Source of the DNA: Elusimicrobiota bacterium
Lineage (GTDB): Bacteria > Elusimicrobiota > UBA8919
Direction of reading: 5' to 3'
Assembly: GCA_040757695.1 (NCBI GenBank)
Contig: JBFLWK010000004.1
Span: 11,574-75,573 of the forward strand
DNA: 64,000 nucleotides
The notes beneath the pieces are model-generated. The model was not told where the DNA came from and made no database searches. It was given only the letters and a program-made list of their open reading frames with translations. Of this stretch, positions 35,960 to 45,072 are shown piece after piece (the stretch's first letter is position 1; each line of letters starts with the position of its first letter). The translations under genes were made by a program, and so were the position numbers.

Positions 35960-36805
35960 ATGAACAAAAACTTTTACCTGTTACTTTATACTTTATACTT
36001 TATACTTTACACTGCTTTTACCGGTTGTTCTATATATCCACGCAGACAAAAATTTTGTAAAGTTATATTTTCAGAAAAACAGATTCCTGTATTAAAAAGT
36101 ATCGCTGTCTGTCCTGTCGCTATCGGGTTCCCTACTGGTGTAGCGACAGAGTTTATACCGCTTGTGAAATCACCATTCGTTATAGAAGATAAATCAAAAA
36201 AATGGTTTAACAATCGTGAAGAGCGAATGATTGTTGACCGCGAAACCGCTGAGAAAACAAGCCGTATAACATCTGAACATCTGTATAACATTTTGCTAAA
36301 AAGGAAAAAATTCGACCGTATTGTTCATCCTGATAGTGTTAAAAATGTTATTATGAGTAAAAAAGTAAATCTTGGCGAGATTAAACAAGCTAAAGAACTA
36401 AACACTACACGGATACTTGAAAAATTGTTTGTTGTTGCTGATAAACTGAAAGTTGATGGTTTAATATTCGGTATAATAAAAAAATGTGAGACAGCCATCA
36501 GTTACAAAACTTTTCGCTCGGATGATAAGAGTGATTTCGGTGAATATAAAAAGAGTATAAATTATTCATACAAATTTCAACTTGAAATTGGTGTTTACAG
36601 CACTTCCGAAAAAAAAATCGTCTGGATTGGAGAAAGCAGAACAACAAAATCTAAAGCTACACCGGAATTAGAACAAAACCTGCTTATCGCTGTCGCAACT
36701 AATAAACTTGACCAATTTTTACAGAGGTATCTTATGGAAAAAATTCTAAAAGAGGAGCCGGAATACCAATGCGTGTTACAAATAGTAAATACATTGCCGT
36801 TTTGA
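35960..36805 (+). CDS. hypothetical lipoprotein
   Basis: Lipobox FTGC at the end of a signal peptide that is encoded by a heptamer tandem. Confidence 0.55.
   Translation: MNKNFYLLLYTLYFILYTAFTGCSIYPRRQKFCKVIFSEKQIPVLKSIAVCPVAIGFPTGVATEFIPLVKSPFVIEDKSKKWFNNREERMIVDRETAEKTSRITSEHLYNILLKRKKFDRIVHPDSVKNVIMSKKVNLGEIKQAKELNTTRILEKLFVVADKLKVDGLIFGIIKKCETAISYKTFRSDDKSDFGEYKKSINYSYKFQLEIGVYSTSEKKIVWIGESRTTKSKATPELEQNLLIAVATNKLDQFLQRYLMEKILKEEPEYQCVLQIVNTLPF
35983..36010 (+). repeat. ACTTTAT heptamer x4 in the lipoprotein signal peptide
   Basis: ACTTTAT x3 + ACTTTAC encodes LYTLYFILYT. Confidence 0.9.
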
Positions 36806-37416
36806 TAATTTGTTTAGTTACAAAAATTTATTGCTGGACTGAAACAATAACCAGTAAAATAATTGTTGTTGACCCCGGACACGGGACAAAAAATTATGAT
36901 GGAAAGATTGTAAATTACGGTTGTAAAAGCCCGTCAGGTTTAAAAGAGATGGATGTGGTTATAGATATCGCAGAGATATTAGGCGAGTTGCTTTTACAAA
37001 GTGGTGCAACAGTATATTTTACAAGAGACAGACAAAACTTCTGGCGAACTGCTGAAACACAGGATGAAGATAATCAAGCTCGTGCAGAATTCGCTAATTC
37101 AAAAAATGCCGATTTGTTTCTGCGTATCCACTGTAACTGGTCACCTGACAAAAAAAAACGCGGCGTCTCTGTTTTGTGGTATAAAGATGACTCAAAAAAA
37201 ATCGCTGAAACCGTCTATCAAGAAATTAAAAAAACAGGTGTAAAAGTTGACGGTATCAAAAAACAGCATCTTGTCGGTTTTGAATTCGCAAAAGTCCCGT
37301 CAATCTTAATAGAATACGGCTATCTATCAAACAAGGAAGACGAAAAACTCTTAAAAGACAAAAAATATCTGCAAAAAGTTTCACAAGCAGTTATCAATGC
37401 TCTAAAAATAAAATAA
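36769..37416 (+). CDS. N-acetylmuramoyl-L-alanine amidase (Amidase_3)
   Basis: VVDPGHG, LFLRIHCN and LIEYGYLSNKEDE motifs. Confidence 0.85.
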   Translation: MRVTNSKYIAVLIICLVTKIYCWTETITSKIIVVDPGHGTKNYDGKIVNYGCKSPSGLKEMDVVIDIAEILGELLLQSGATVYFTRDRQNFWRTAETQDEDNQARAEFANSKNADLFLRIHCNWSPDKKKRGVSVLWYKDDSKKIAETVYQEIKKTGVKVDGIKKQHLVGFEFAKVPSILIEYGYLSNKEDEKLLKDKKYLQKVSQAVINALKIK

Positions 37417-37533
37417 CCGCCACTAAAGTGGCTATGAAAGTTATCAAAAATTATGCGTAGTCATATAGCTTAGATTGGGTTCGTTACATAGTGAGAGAAA
37501 AATGAAATAAAAATAGAAGTTGCTGCTGTGCCT

Positions 37534-37612
37534 CAGATGAACACAGACAGAGTCAACCGCAAAAATCATTTATAATTTTTTATTCTGTGTCTATTTGTGA
37601 AAATCTGCGGTT
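37534..37612. repeat. 10-nt-periodic hairpin (CACAGA units)
   Basis: CAGATGAACACAGACAGAGTCAACCGCA ... TTCTGTGTCTATTTGTGAAAATCTGCGGTT. Confidence 0.75.
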
Positions 37613-37659
37613 ACAAGGTTTTCTTGGATATAATGAAATCAGATTTAAAATAAAAATTT

Positions 37660-37697
37660 ATGTTCACATATCCGGAAAAATTTGATGTGATTGTTGT
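37660..37697 (+). repeat. left 38-bp direct repeat: orphan copy of the mnmG 5' end
   Basis: ATGTTCACATATCCGGAAAAATTTGATGTGATTGTTGT is identical to 41131-41168. The reading frame stops after 16 codons. Confidence 0.95.
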
Positions 37698-37714
37698 TAG
37701 AACTAAATGAAAAA

Positions 37715-39589
37715 ATGAGAAAGATAATTTTAGTTTTTGTAGGGTTAGTATTCATAGTATTATCAGTGCTTTATTCTGTAGACGAAGATTCTACTGTTAA
37801 CCAAAAATCAAGCATAATATATGATAATTTCTGTCTTATATATGAGTTCCATACTGATTATATAAAACTTACTTCCATTGGAGAATTTACATCCAATTAT
37901 TATGATGCATTTCCAGTTATTCCTTGTGGTGGTGGGACTTTTTATTCTACAAAAGATGTTTATGATATTATGATAAGTGAGAACATTAAAGATTGTAATA
38001 TTCGGGAAGGGAAGATAAATTGGCGTGGTGCATCTTATGAAACATTAGATTTTGATTTGATATTTAAGGATACAATTGAACCCGACAAGCGATATTATTA
38101 CATTATTTCAAGGAAGGTAAATAGATTACCACATTTACATAAAAACAGGCCGATAAAAAAAGATGACCCGCTTTGTATGACTTTTAATATTTCTCCTCAA
38201 CTATTTATAAAAAATAACTATAGAATAGTAGCAATTCCTAATGATTCAGAATATAAAGGTGATACAGCATATAGACCAACAGAAATTGTAGATTTGGTAG
38301 GTTGGCGGTTACTTATTTATGATGTTTCACAAATTACAACAAATATCGCTGCTCATCCAACTTTTACAATTCACACCGACTCGCCAGAATTGGATATTTA
38401 TGAAGTTTTCGAAAAGATAACAAATAAAAAAATGGATAGATTAAAAATGGTGGCTGTTACAAATATACCCACATATAATGAATTTATGGAAAATTTTTTT
38501 GGTAATAAGGAAAAAGAAGATAATAAGCAGGAAACAACAGATTATAGTTTTGGAGTAAGCAAGAGTAAAATATTACCAACGAGCGATAAGTTCTTTTTTC
38601 CGCTTGGTATGCTATGGAAAAAAACACTTGTAGACTCTATAGTTGATAGACCTGTGATAAAAGATGGAATAGTTTATTTTGCTTGTAGAGATGAACTTTA
38701 CAAATATGATTTGTATACAGGGGTATGTCATTGGACTTGTTTACTGTCGGATTCTATCTGTACCAGACCTGTAGTTACTAATGAGAAAATATATATTGGC
38801 TGTGCTGATTATAATCTCTATGTAGTTGATAAGCAAAGTGGTACGGTATCTTGGAATTTTACTACAAAGGGTTATGTAAATTCAACACCTGTTGTTTCTA
38901 GAAATAAAATATATTTTTGTTCTTTTGATGGATATTTATACTCAATTGATTCAAGCAGTGGGAATCTACTGTGGAACAAAAAAATTGGTGGATGGCATCT
39001 TGATGATAAAATACTACCATCAGTAGTAATTGATAAAGACATTCTATATTCTTGTAGTGATAATTTTGTTTATGCTGTTGATTGTTATTCAGGAGAAATA
39101 AAGTGGAGATTTAATACAGGAGCAAGAGTTAATTCCTCACCCGCTGTTGGTAAAAATTTGTTATTTGTTGGAAATGACAAAGGACTCTTGTGTGGAATAA
39201 ACAAGAAAACTGGTAAACAAATTTGGCTAGTGCAGTATACAAGTGGAATAATATCAGATATAGTAATCTACGAGAATTTTTTATATTTTATAACCCTAGA
39301 TGGCTACCTCTATTGTATTAAATTGAGCCCTAATGAAAATTTGTGTTATGAATGGTGGAAGTATGAAATAGGTTATGAAATTAACAGAAACATCTCTCCT
39401 GTAGTAAAGTCCAATTGTGTAATAACAGATTCAGAAAAGGGTTTATTATTTATTCATCCTACCCTTGGTAGTCTTCTTTGGCAATATCCCCAAACATCAT
39501 CTTGTTTTTGCACACTTGCAGCTGATGCTCCGTATGTTGTATACGAAAACAATAACAGTATTTGGGTTTTATATTCTGAAAGAGAGTAA
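37715..39589 (+). CDS. membrane-anchored protein: unknown ~300-aa domain + PQQ/BamB-like beta-propeller
   Basis: N-terminal TM MRKIILVFVGLVFIVLSVL. At least five repeats of the type PVV..NKIY....DG.LY.ID..SG...W. Confidence 0.7.
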   Translation: MRKIILVFVGLVFIVLSVLYSVDEDSTVNQKSSIIYDNFCLIYEFHTDYIKLTSIGEFTSNYYDAFPVIPCGGGTFYSTKDVYDIMISENIKDCNIREGKINWRGASYETLDFDLIFKDTIEPDKRYYYIISRKVNRLPHLHKNRPIKKDDPLCMTFNISPQLFIKNNYRIVAIPNDSEYKGDTAYRPTEIVDLVGWRLLIYDVSQITTNIAAHPTFTIHTDSPELDIYEVFEKITNKKMDRLKMVAVTNIPTYNEFMENFFGNKEKEDNKQETTDYSFGVSKSKILPTSDKFFFPLGMLWKKTLVDSIVDRPVIKDGIVYFACRDELYKYDLYTGVCHWTCLLSDSICTRPVVTNEKIYIGCADYNLYVVDKQSGTVSWNFTTKGYVNSTPVVSRNKIYFCSFDGYLYSIDSSSGNLLWNKKIGGWHLDDKILPSVVIDKDILYSCSDNFVYAVDCYSGEIKWRFNTGARVNSSPAVGKNLLFVGNDKGLLCGINKKTGKQIWLVQYTSGIISDIVIYENFLYFITLDGYLYCIKLSPNENLCYEWWKYEIGYEINRNISPVVKSNCVITDSEKGLLFIHPTLGSLLWQYPQTSSCFCTLAADAPYVVYENNNSIWVLYSERE

Positions 39590-39594
39590 TAAAC

Positions 39595-40602
39595 ATGAAC
39601 TGTCCAAAATGTAATTACGAAAATAAAGATGATGCGTTATATTGTGGGTTATGTTATGAAGTTTTGAAGAGAGAAGTTTCTCCTGAAAAAGATAATGCCA
39701 CATTTCGCCAGTCAAAAAAATCATATATATGGGTAATATGGCTATTTTTTATTATTATGACAGCAGGCTATTTACTATTGACACAATGGGCAAGTATAAT
39801 TGAAACCATTACAAAAACACGAATACAAAAAAATATTGCAAGACGAGAAAAAGAACTTATCAGGGAGTTGGAAAAGAGACGACAAGAATTTAATCCATAT
39901 ACAGGTGAAGCCAATATAAATGTTAATCCAGTAACTGTTCTGAATAGTTTCACAAGAGATGAATTTATAAATTTCAGAAAAAACAGAGTTGCAGAGTATT
40001 CATTTCTTAATATATTCCCTAAAGATTATTCTCCACATGATAGCATATTTGGGTCAATAACTTTCGGTGTTGACTGGGTAGAAGGTATTCCATTTTATGT
40101 GTGTAATCCATACTTATTGATTATACTAACCTGCGCAGATCATGCGACACCGATTGCTTATTACTGTAAGAACACTACAAATATCAAAGTTAACTACTCC
40201 AACGGAAAAATTGAAGAAATTTATGAAGGAGAAGAAGCATTAAATTGGTTTAATATATTATATTCATATGATGATAATCCTGGTATTATAGCAATAAGAA
40301 TGGTGAATGCTCGCGATGCACATTTATTATATGCCTGTATTGATAAAGAAAAAACTGTAAATGTTGATTTTAGCTGGAGTGCTTCTCCAAATAATATTAC
40401 CAATTCAATACGCAATACATATGGTTTTTTTCATGTTGGTAAATATGGAAAAAATAATTTTTCACCTGAAGATAATTGCTCGTGGTTAAAATTATCGGCG
40501 AGAAACAAATATACCTGTATATATATCAAATTATACTTAATGAAACTGGTAGATATAAATCAAAAAGAAGATTTTGCATACATTATAAAAATAATTCCCT
40601 GA
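39595..40602 (+). CDS. zinc-ribbon / single-TM protein with unknown ~250-aa C-terminal domain
   Basis: CPKCNYEN...YCGLC zinc ribbon and TM helix YIWVIWLFFIIMTAGYLLL. No family recognised for the rest. Confidence 0.6.
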   Translation: MNCPKCNYENKDDALYCGLCYEVLKREVSPEKDNATFRQSKKSYIWVIWLFFIIMTAGYLLLTQWASIIETITKTRIQKNIARREKELIRELEKRRQEFNPYTGEANINVNPVTVLNSFTRDEFINFRKNRVAEYSFLNIFPKDYSPHDSIFGSITFGVDWVEGIPFYVCNPYLLIILTCADHATPIAYYCKNTTNIKVNYSNGKIEEIYEGEEALNWFNILYSYDDNPGIIAIRMVNARDAHLLYACIDKEKTVNVDFSWSASPNNITNSIRNTYGFFHVGKYGKNNFSPEDNCSWLKLSARNKYTCIYIKLYLMKLVDINQKEDFAYIIKIIP

Positions 40603-40731
40603 AAAACTAAATCTATGAAATACTTGAGATACTTTGGAGATTTATCGTCTGAAAATATTTGATGAAATCATTTTCAGAATCAGTTAAATCTTCATATGAA
40701 TACGAAAACGGTTTAAGTATCAGTTGATATT

Positions 40732-40833
40732 CTACCATAATTTCTTTTCCTCCTTTTTTGGCTGGGGGTGTTCAATAATTCACCCCTGTGCTGTTCAATA
40801 ATTATTGTAGCCAAAAAGGGAAAGAAATGGTAG
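40732..40833. promoter_or_regulatory. inverted repeat carrying divergent SD+ATG pairs and duplicated TGTTCAATAATT boxes
   Basis: CTACCATAATTTCTTTTCCTCCTTTTTTGGCT ... AGCCAAAAAGGGAAAGAAATGGTAG. Boxes at 40769-40780 and 40792-40803. Confidence 0.45.
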
Positions 40834-41130
40834 AAAAAATATCAAGTAACCCAACGGAAATATGTTTTATTCACATATATTTGTTTCTTTGCCTTGTAAC
40901 CAGAAAAGCGTGGGTTAAGTTTGGGAAAGGTTGGGGGTTAAGTTTGTCAAAGAGCTAAAAATAATGATAAAACTTGGTAAAATATGGCAAATCAAATGCT
41001 GATTTCAGGGGTTAAGTCTGCATTTCCGTGTAACATTCTCCGACACTAAAATCAGTATTGAACAGGATTAATTAGATATATTCAGCAATGGTTCTGGGAA
41101 AAAGACGAACTTAGACCATAAAAGAAATAA

Positions 41131-41168
41131 ATGTTCACATATCCGGAAAAATTTGATGTGATTGTTGT
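41131..41168 (+). repeat. right 38-bp direct repeat (functional 5' end of mnmG)
   Basis: Identical to 37660-37697. Confidence 0.95.
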
Positions 41169-42912
41169 AGGTGCAGGGCATGCGGGTTGTGAGGCCGCGT
41201 TGGCTTCTGCACGGGTTGGTAAAAAAACTTTGCTTCTTACAATCAACGCCGATACCGTGGCCCAGATGTCCTGCAATACCGCAATCGGCGGTGTCGCAAA
41301 AGGACAGATTGTCAGAGAGATAGATGCACTCGGCGGTGAAATGGCAAAAAATACTGATAAAACGGGGCTACAATTCCGTATTCTTAATCGTTCAAAAGGT
41401 CCCGCGGTTCAATCACCGCGTGCCCAGTGCGATAAAAAACTGTATCAATTTACAATGAAACATACTGTTGAAAAACAAGAAAATCTTAAACTCATTCAAG
41501 CAGAAGTTGTAGAAATTTTAACTGATGATAACAAGGTAATTGGCATTCTCGCAAAGCCTGGTATAAAATTTTTAGGAAAAATAGTAATCGTTACAACAGG
41601 CACTTTCTTGAAAGGGCTTATACATATAGGCGAGACAACATTTAACGCAGGCAGAAGTGGTGAGTTTGCCGCAATGCAGCTTTCTGATTCCCTGAGAAAA
41701 CTTGGGTTTGAAATAGGGCGTCTTAAAACAGGCACACCACCGAGAGTAAATGGTAAAACAATTGACTATTCAAAATGTATACAGCAACCTGGTGACATTT
41801 CCCCAATACCTTTTTCACATTTCACATCACACATTACACAGAAACAACTACCCTGCTGGCTGACTTATACGAATACCAAAACACACGAAATTATATCAGC
41901 AAATTTTCATCGGGCACCACTTTTCTCAGGACAGATTAAAGGCATAGGACCAAGATACTGTCCGTCTATTGAAGATAAAGTAAAAAAATTTCCAGAAAAA
42001 GAACGACACCAAATTTTCCTTGAGCCGGAGGGGTATAATACTGAAGAGGTATATTGTAACGGACTTGCAACTTCATTGCCATATGATGTTCAATATGAAA
42101 TGCTGAAAACAATCCCCGGACTTGAAAATTGCCAGATGATACGACCGGGTTATGCGATAGAATACGATTTCTGCCCACCTACGCAATTGAAACCGACACT
42201 TGAGACGAAACTTATTGAGAATCTCTTTTTTGCAGGGCAAATAAATGGAACTTCCGGTTACGAGGAAGCAGCAGGACAGGGGGTAGTTGCGGGTATAAAT
42301 GCGGTTGCAAAAATTAAAGGTCTTGAACCACTGATTCTGTGTCGGGATGAAGCGTATATCGGTGTTCTGATAGATGATTTGGTTACAAAAGGTGTGCTTG
42401 ATCCATATAGAATGTTCACTGCTCGTGCAGAGTACCGTCTGCTTTTACGCGCGGATAATGCCGATTTGCGCCTGATAGATTATGGATACAAGTATGGTTT
42501 GGTTAGTGAGGACATTTACAAAAAATTTCAGAAGTATAGGACACTTGTCCTACAAAATTTGTCGTCAGAAATTAGGACATTTGTCCTACAAAATTTGGAA
42601 GATATTTTTCCATGGACAAAAGAAAAAATTGAAGTTGAAATTGAAATCGCCCAAAAATATCAAGGTTACATAAAAAGACAACTCACAGAAGTTGAAAAGT
42701 TCAAAAAAATAGAGACAAAAAAAATTCCACCAAATATCAATTACAACGACATCCCTGGGCTTCTTACAGAAAGCAGACATAAATTAAACCAGATTAGACC
42801 ACTGTCTGTCGGGCAGGCATCAAGAATTTCCGGTGTTACACCGGCTGATATAGGAATTGTTATGGTCTGGCTTGAAAAACAGAAATATGAAAAACCAGCA
42901 AATTATGAATGA
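41131..42912 (+). CDS. mnmG: tRNA uridine 5-carboxymethylaminomethyl modification enzyme MnmG (GidA)
   Basis: [32 protein letters not shown] and [16 protein letters not shown]. Confidence 0.95.
   Translation: MFTYPEKFDVIVVGAGHAGCEAALASARVGKKTLLLTINADTVAQMSCNTAIGGVAKGQIVREIDALGGEMAKNTDKTGLQFRILNRSKGPAVQSPRAQCDKKLYQFTMKHTVEKQENLKLIQAEVVEILTDDNKVIGILAKPGIKFLGKIVIVTTGTFLKGLIHIGETTFNAGRSGEFAAMQLSDSLRKLGFEIGRLKTGTPPRVNGKTIDYSKCIQQPGDISPIPFSHFTSHITQKQLPCWLTYTNTKTHEIISANFHRAPLFSGQIKGIGPRYCPSIEDKVKKFPEKERHQIFLEPEGYNTEEVYCNGLATSLPYDVQYEMLKTIPGLENCQMIRPGYAIEYDFCPPTQLKPTLETKLIENLFFAGQINGTSGYEEAAGQGVVAGINAVAKIKGLEPLILCRDEAYIGVLIDDLVTKGVLDPYRMFTARAEYRLLLRADNADLRLIDYGYKYGLVSEDIYKKFQKYRTLVLQNLSSEIRTFVLQNLEDIFPWTKEKIEVEIEIAQKYQGYIKRQLTEVEKFKKIETKKIPPNINYNDIPGLLTESRHKLNQIRPLSVGQASRISGVTPADIGIVMVWLEKQKYEKPANYE
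42537..42597 (+). repeat. 25-nt palindrome-containing unit duplicated in frame inside mnmG
   Basis: TAGGACA(C/T)TTGTCCTACAAAATTTG at 42537 and 42573 (36-nt period). Encodes RTLVLQNL...RTFVLQNL. Confidence 0.9.
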
Positions 42913-43225
42913 TTCTGATACGGATACTACGCCGTTAAATGATTTAGATACTGAAGCAGTTCTGACTTTTGTTTCCAAAAACATTTTTGGTTTTAAGAAA
43001 GTGTTCAATTTTTTCAATGTGCATTTTGAATACAAAAACTTATTTTCGCCATCCTCTATTTTCGGCACAAAAAAGAAAGTTCCTTACAGTTCTATCAAGC
43101 AAATAATCTGTTCCAAAAACAATATAAAGATACAACTCTATGATAAAAAACGACCGATTAGAATCTATAATGTTGAAAACATAACTGAAAAAACTCAGAA
43201 CTTAAAAAACCTTACAGGATTTTAA
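42905..43225 (+). CDS. hypothetical protein
   Basis: ATG overlaps the mnmG stop (ATGAATGA). No family recognised. Confidence 0.45.
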   Translation: MNDSDTDTTPLNDLDTEAVLTFVSKNIFGFKKVFNFFNVHFEYKNLFSPSSIFGTKKKVPYSSIKQIICSKNNIKIQLYDKKRPIRIYNVENITEKTQNLKNLTGF

Positions 43226-43227
43226 GT

Positions 43228-45072
43228 ATGCCATTTTTGATTTTTAATTTTACATTTTTGATTTACCTCTATACGATGTATCCGACAATCTCACCGTATC
43301 GGGATAGTGGTGATATGATTGTTTCTGCATTTACTCTCGGGATTGCCCATCCACCCGCCTATCCGTTGTATGTTCTATTAGGTAAAATTTTTACAGTAGT
43401 CATTCCATTTGCGAATATCGCATATCGTGTCAATTTAATGAGTGCATTTTGGGGTGCGTTGACCTGTTCAGTTTTGTATGTAGTAATAAAAAAAATTGGT
43501 GAGCGAATTCTCAATAATAAAAAACAAATCTTAATATCAGGTTCTGTAGTTATTGTATTACTTTTTTGTTTAAGTTCGTCTATGCATTCGTTAAGTATCG
43601 TTTCTGAAATGTATTCGCTGAACGCTTTTTTTGCCGTTTTGATAATTTATTTGATTTCGTTTCTACCTTCTACCTTCTACCTTCTACCTGCCTTTTTGTT
43701 CGGGCTTGCGCTCGGCAACCATCACACGCTTGTGCTTTTGCTTCCCGGAATTATTTATTTGCTGATTATTCGGTTAGGCAAAACCTTTTTACCTTTCACC
43801 TTTTACCTTCTACCTGCCTTTTTGCTGGGTTTTTCTGTATATCTTTTTCTGCCAGTTCGGTCTGCACAGAAACCGACTGCGAACTGGGGTTCGCCTTCTG
43901 GCTCATTAAGAAATTTATACAGGGTTTTAACACGCGCTGATTACGGAAGTATTCGGCTTCATCCTGAGAAAAGTCCAACAGAACAGAATGTTGCTACCAC
44001 AGTTAAAAGTTTCTTTAATTTTTTGAATGTGTTAATACAGCAGTTTGATTACTGGATTATTCCATTTCTGGGATTAGGGATTTATTATTCTGTAAAACAA
44101 AAAGTCTTCTGGCAGTTGGTCCTGCTCTGGTTTTTTTCAGGACCTGTGTTTTTTATAGTTTCCAATTTACCGCTAGAAGAAAAAACATCACTCCCTATAT
44201 TAGAACCGTATCTTATGCTACCGCTACTGATTTTTGGTCTCTGGGTTTGTATTGGATTTTTTTATGCAGTTCGTTATTTTAGTCAATATAAAAATGAAAA
44301 AAAAATATCTTTTTTGATAATTACTGGACTCTTTTTTTTGATACATATAAAATTGCCAAAGTTAAACAAACGGTTTGAATTTATCGGAAACGATTATTCA
44401 ATGGATTTACTCAAAACCTTACCGCCATATTCCGTTTTGTTTAATCCCGACGATACAACAACATTTACGCTGAGATATCAGCAGGAATGTCTTGGGAAAC
44501 GAAAAGATATTTCGCTTGCTGTTTTTTACAAAACCTTTTGGGGCTATCAACAACTTAAAGAAAAAAAACCGGAGATTTTACCTGACTACGAAATAAAATC
44601 CGGGATAGAACTTGAAAACATTCTTGTCTCGTATAATTATTATCGGCTACCATTCTTTTCTGATAATATCTCAAAAATTCCAACGGCTTACAAAACCATA
44701 CCCACAGGATTGCTTTACGGGAATAAAGAGATTTTTGAAGAGATGTTTGACTTTTATATTTTACCGCCGAGAACTTCCGGTAAAAGAAGATTTTTTACCA
44801 ACCAGATAATAAACTACTATTCTGCTGGTTTCAACAATTTAGGGCTTGTATTTAACGAAAAAAAGTTATATAATAAAAGTATTCGGCTCTTTGAAAATGC
44901 TGTTACAATAGACCCGACACTTTCACAAGGCTGGAATAATTTGGGTGTCGCATACTGGCAGAAAGGTGATTATCAGAAAGCTGCCGAGTATTTTGAGATT
45001 GCGTTAAAATATGCGCCTGATGATGAAGAGTTAAAAAAGAATTTTTTGCTCGCTAAAGAAAAAATAAAATGA
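43228..45072 (+). CDS. DUF2723-family polytopic membrane protein (putative glycosyltransferase) with C-terminal TPR repeats
   Basis: TISPYRDSGDMIVSAFTLGIAHPPAYPLYVLLGKIF N-terminus, more than 10 TM helices and TPR (GWNNLGVAYWQKGDYQKAAEYFEIALKYAPDD). Confidence 0.75.
   Translation: MPFLIFNFTFLIYLYTMYPTISPYRDSGDMIVSAFTLGIAHPPAYPLYVLLGKIFTVVIPFANIAYRVNLMSAFWGALTCSVLYVVIKKIGERILNNKKQILISGSVVIVLLFCLSSSMHSLSIVSEMYSLNAFFAVLIIYLISFLPSTFYLLPAFLFGLALGNHHTLVLLLPGIIYLLIIRLGKTFLPFTFYLLPAFLLGFSVYLFLPVRSAQKPTANWGSPSGSLRNLYRVLTRADYGSIRLHPEKSPTEQNVATTVKSFFNFLNVLIQQFDYWIIPFLGLGIYYSVKQKVFWQLVLLWFFSGPVFFIVSNLPLEEKTSLPILEPYLMLPLLIFGLWVCIGFFYAVRYFSQYKNEKKISFLIITGLFFLIHIKLPKLNKRFEFIGNDYSMDLLKTLPPYSVLFNPDDTTTFTLRYQQECLGKRKDISLAVFYKTFWGYQQLKEKKPEILPDYEIKSGIELENILVSYNYYRLPFFSDNISKIPTAYKTIPTGLLYGNKEIFEEMFDFYILPPRTSGKRRFFTNQIINYYSAGFNNLGLVFNEKKLYNKSIRLFENAVTIDPTLSQGWNNLGVAYWQKGDYQKAAEYFEIALKYAPDDEELKKNFLLAKEKIK
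43663..43824 (+). repeat. two blocks of CTACCTT heptamer tandems ending in a shared 19-mer
   Basis: CCTTCTACCTGCCTTTTTG at 43680-43698 and 43806-43824. Both are translated as (S/F)TFYLLPAFL.G. Confidence 0.9.

Larger units (their letters stand above)
37698..41130 (+). mobile_element. putative inserted island without a recombinase gene
   Basis: Bounded by the 38-bp direct repeat. It interrupts the otherwise conserved mnmE...mnmG neighbourhood at the mnmG start and is visibly more AT-rich than flanking genes. Confidence 0.55.

Noticed and set aside
40912-41020. Possible mini-CRISPR array from the repeated GGGTTAAGT(T/C)TG
   Set aside because: There are only three 12-nt copies, with irregular spacing (23 nt and 74 nt between starts). 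The repeats are far shorter than CRISPR repeats and no cas genes are present. Kept only as candidate iterons.
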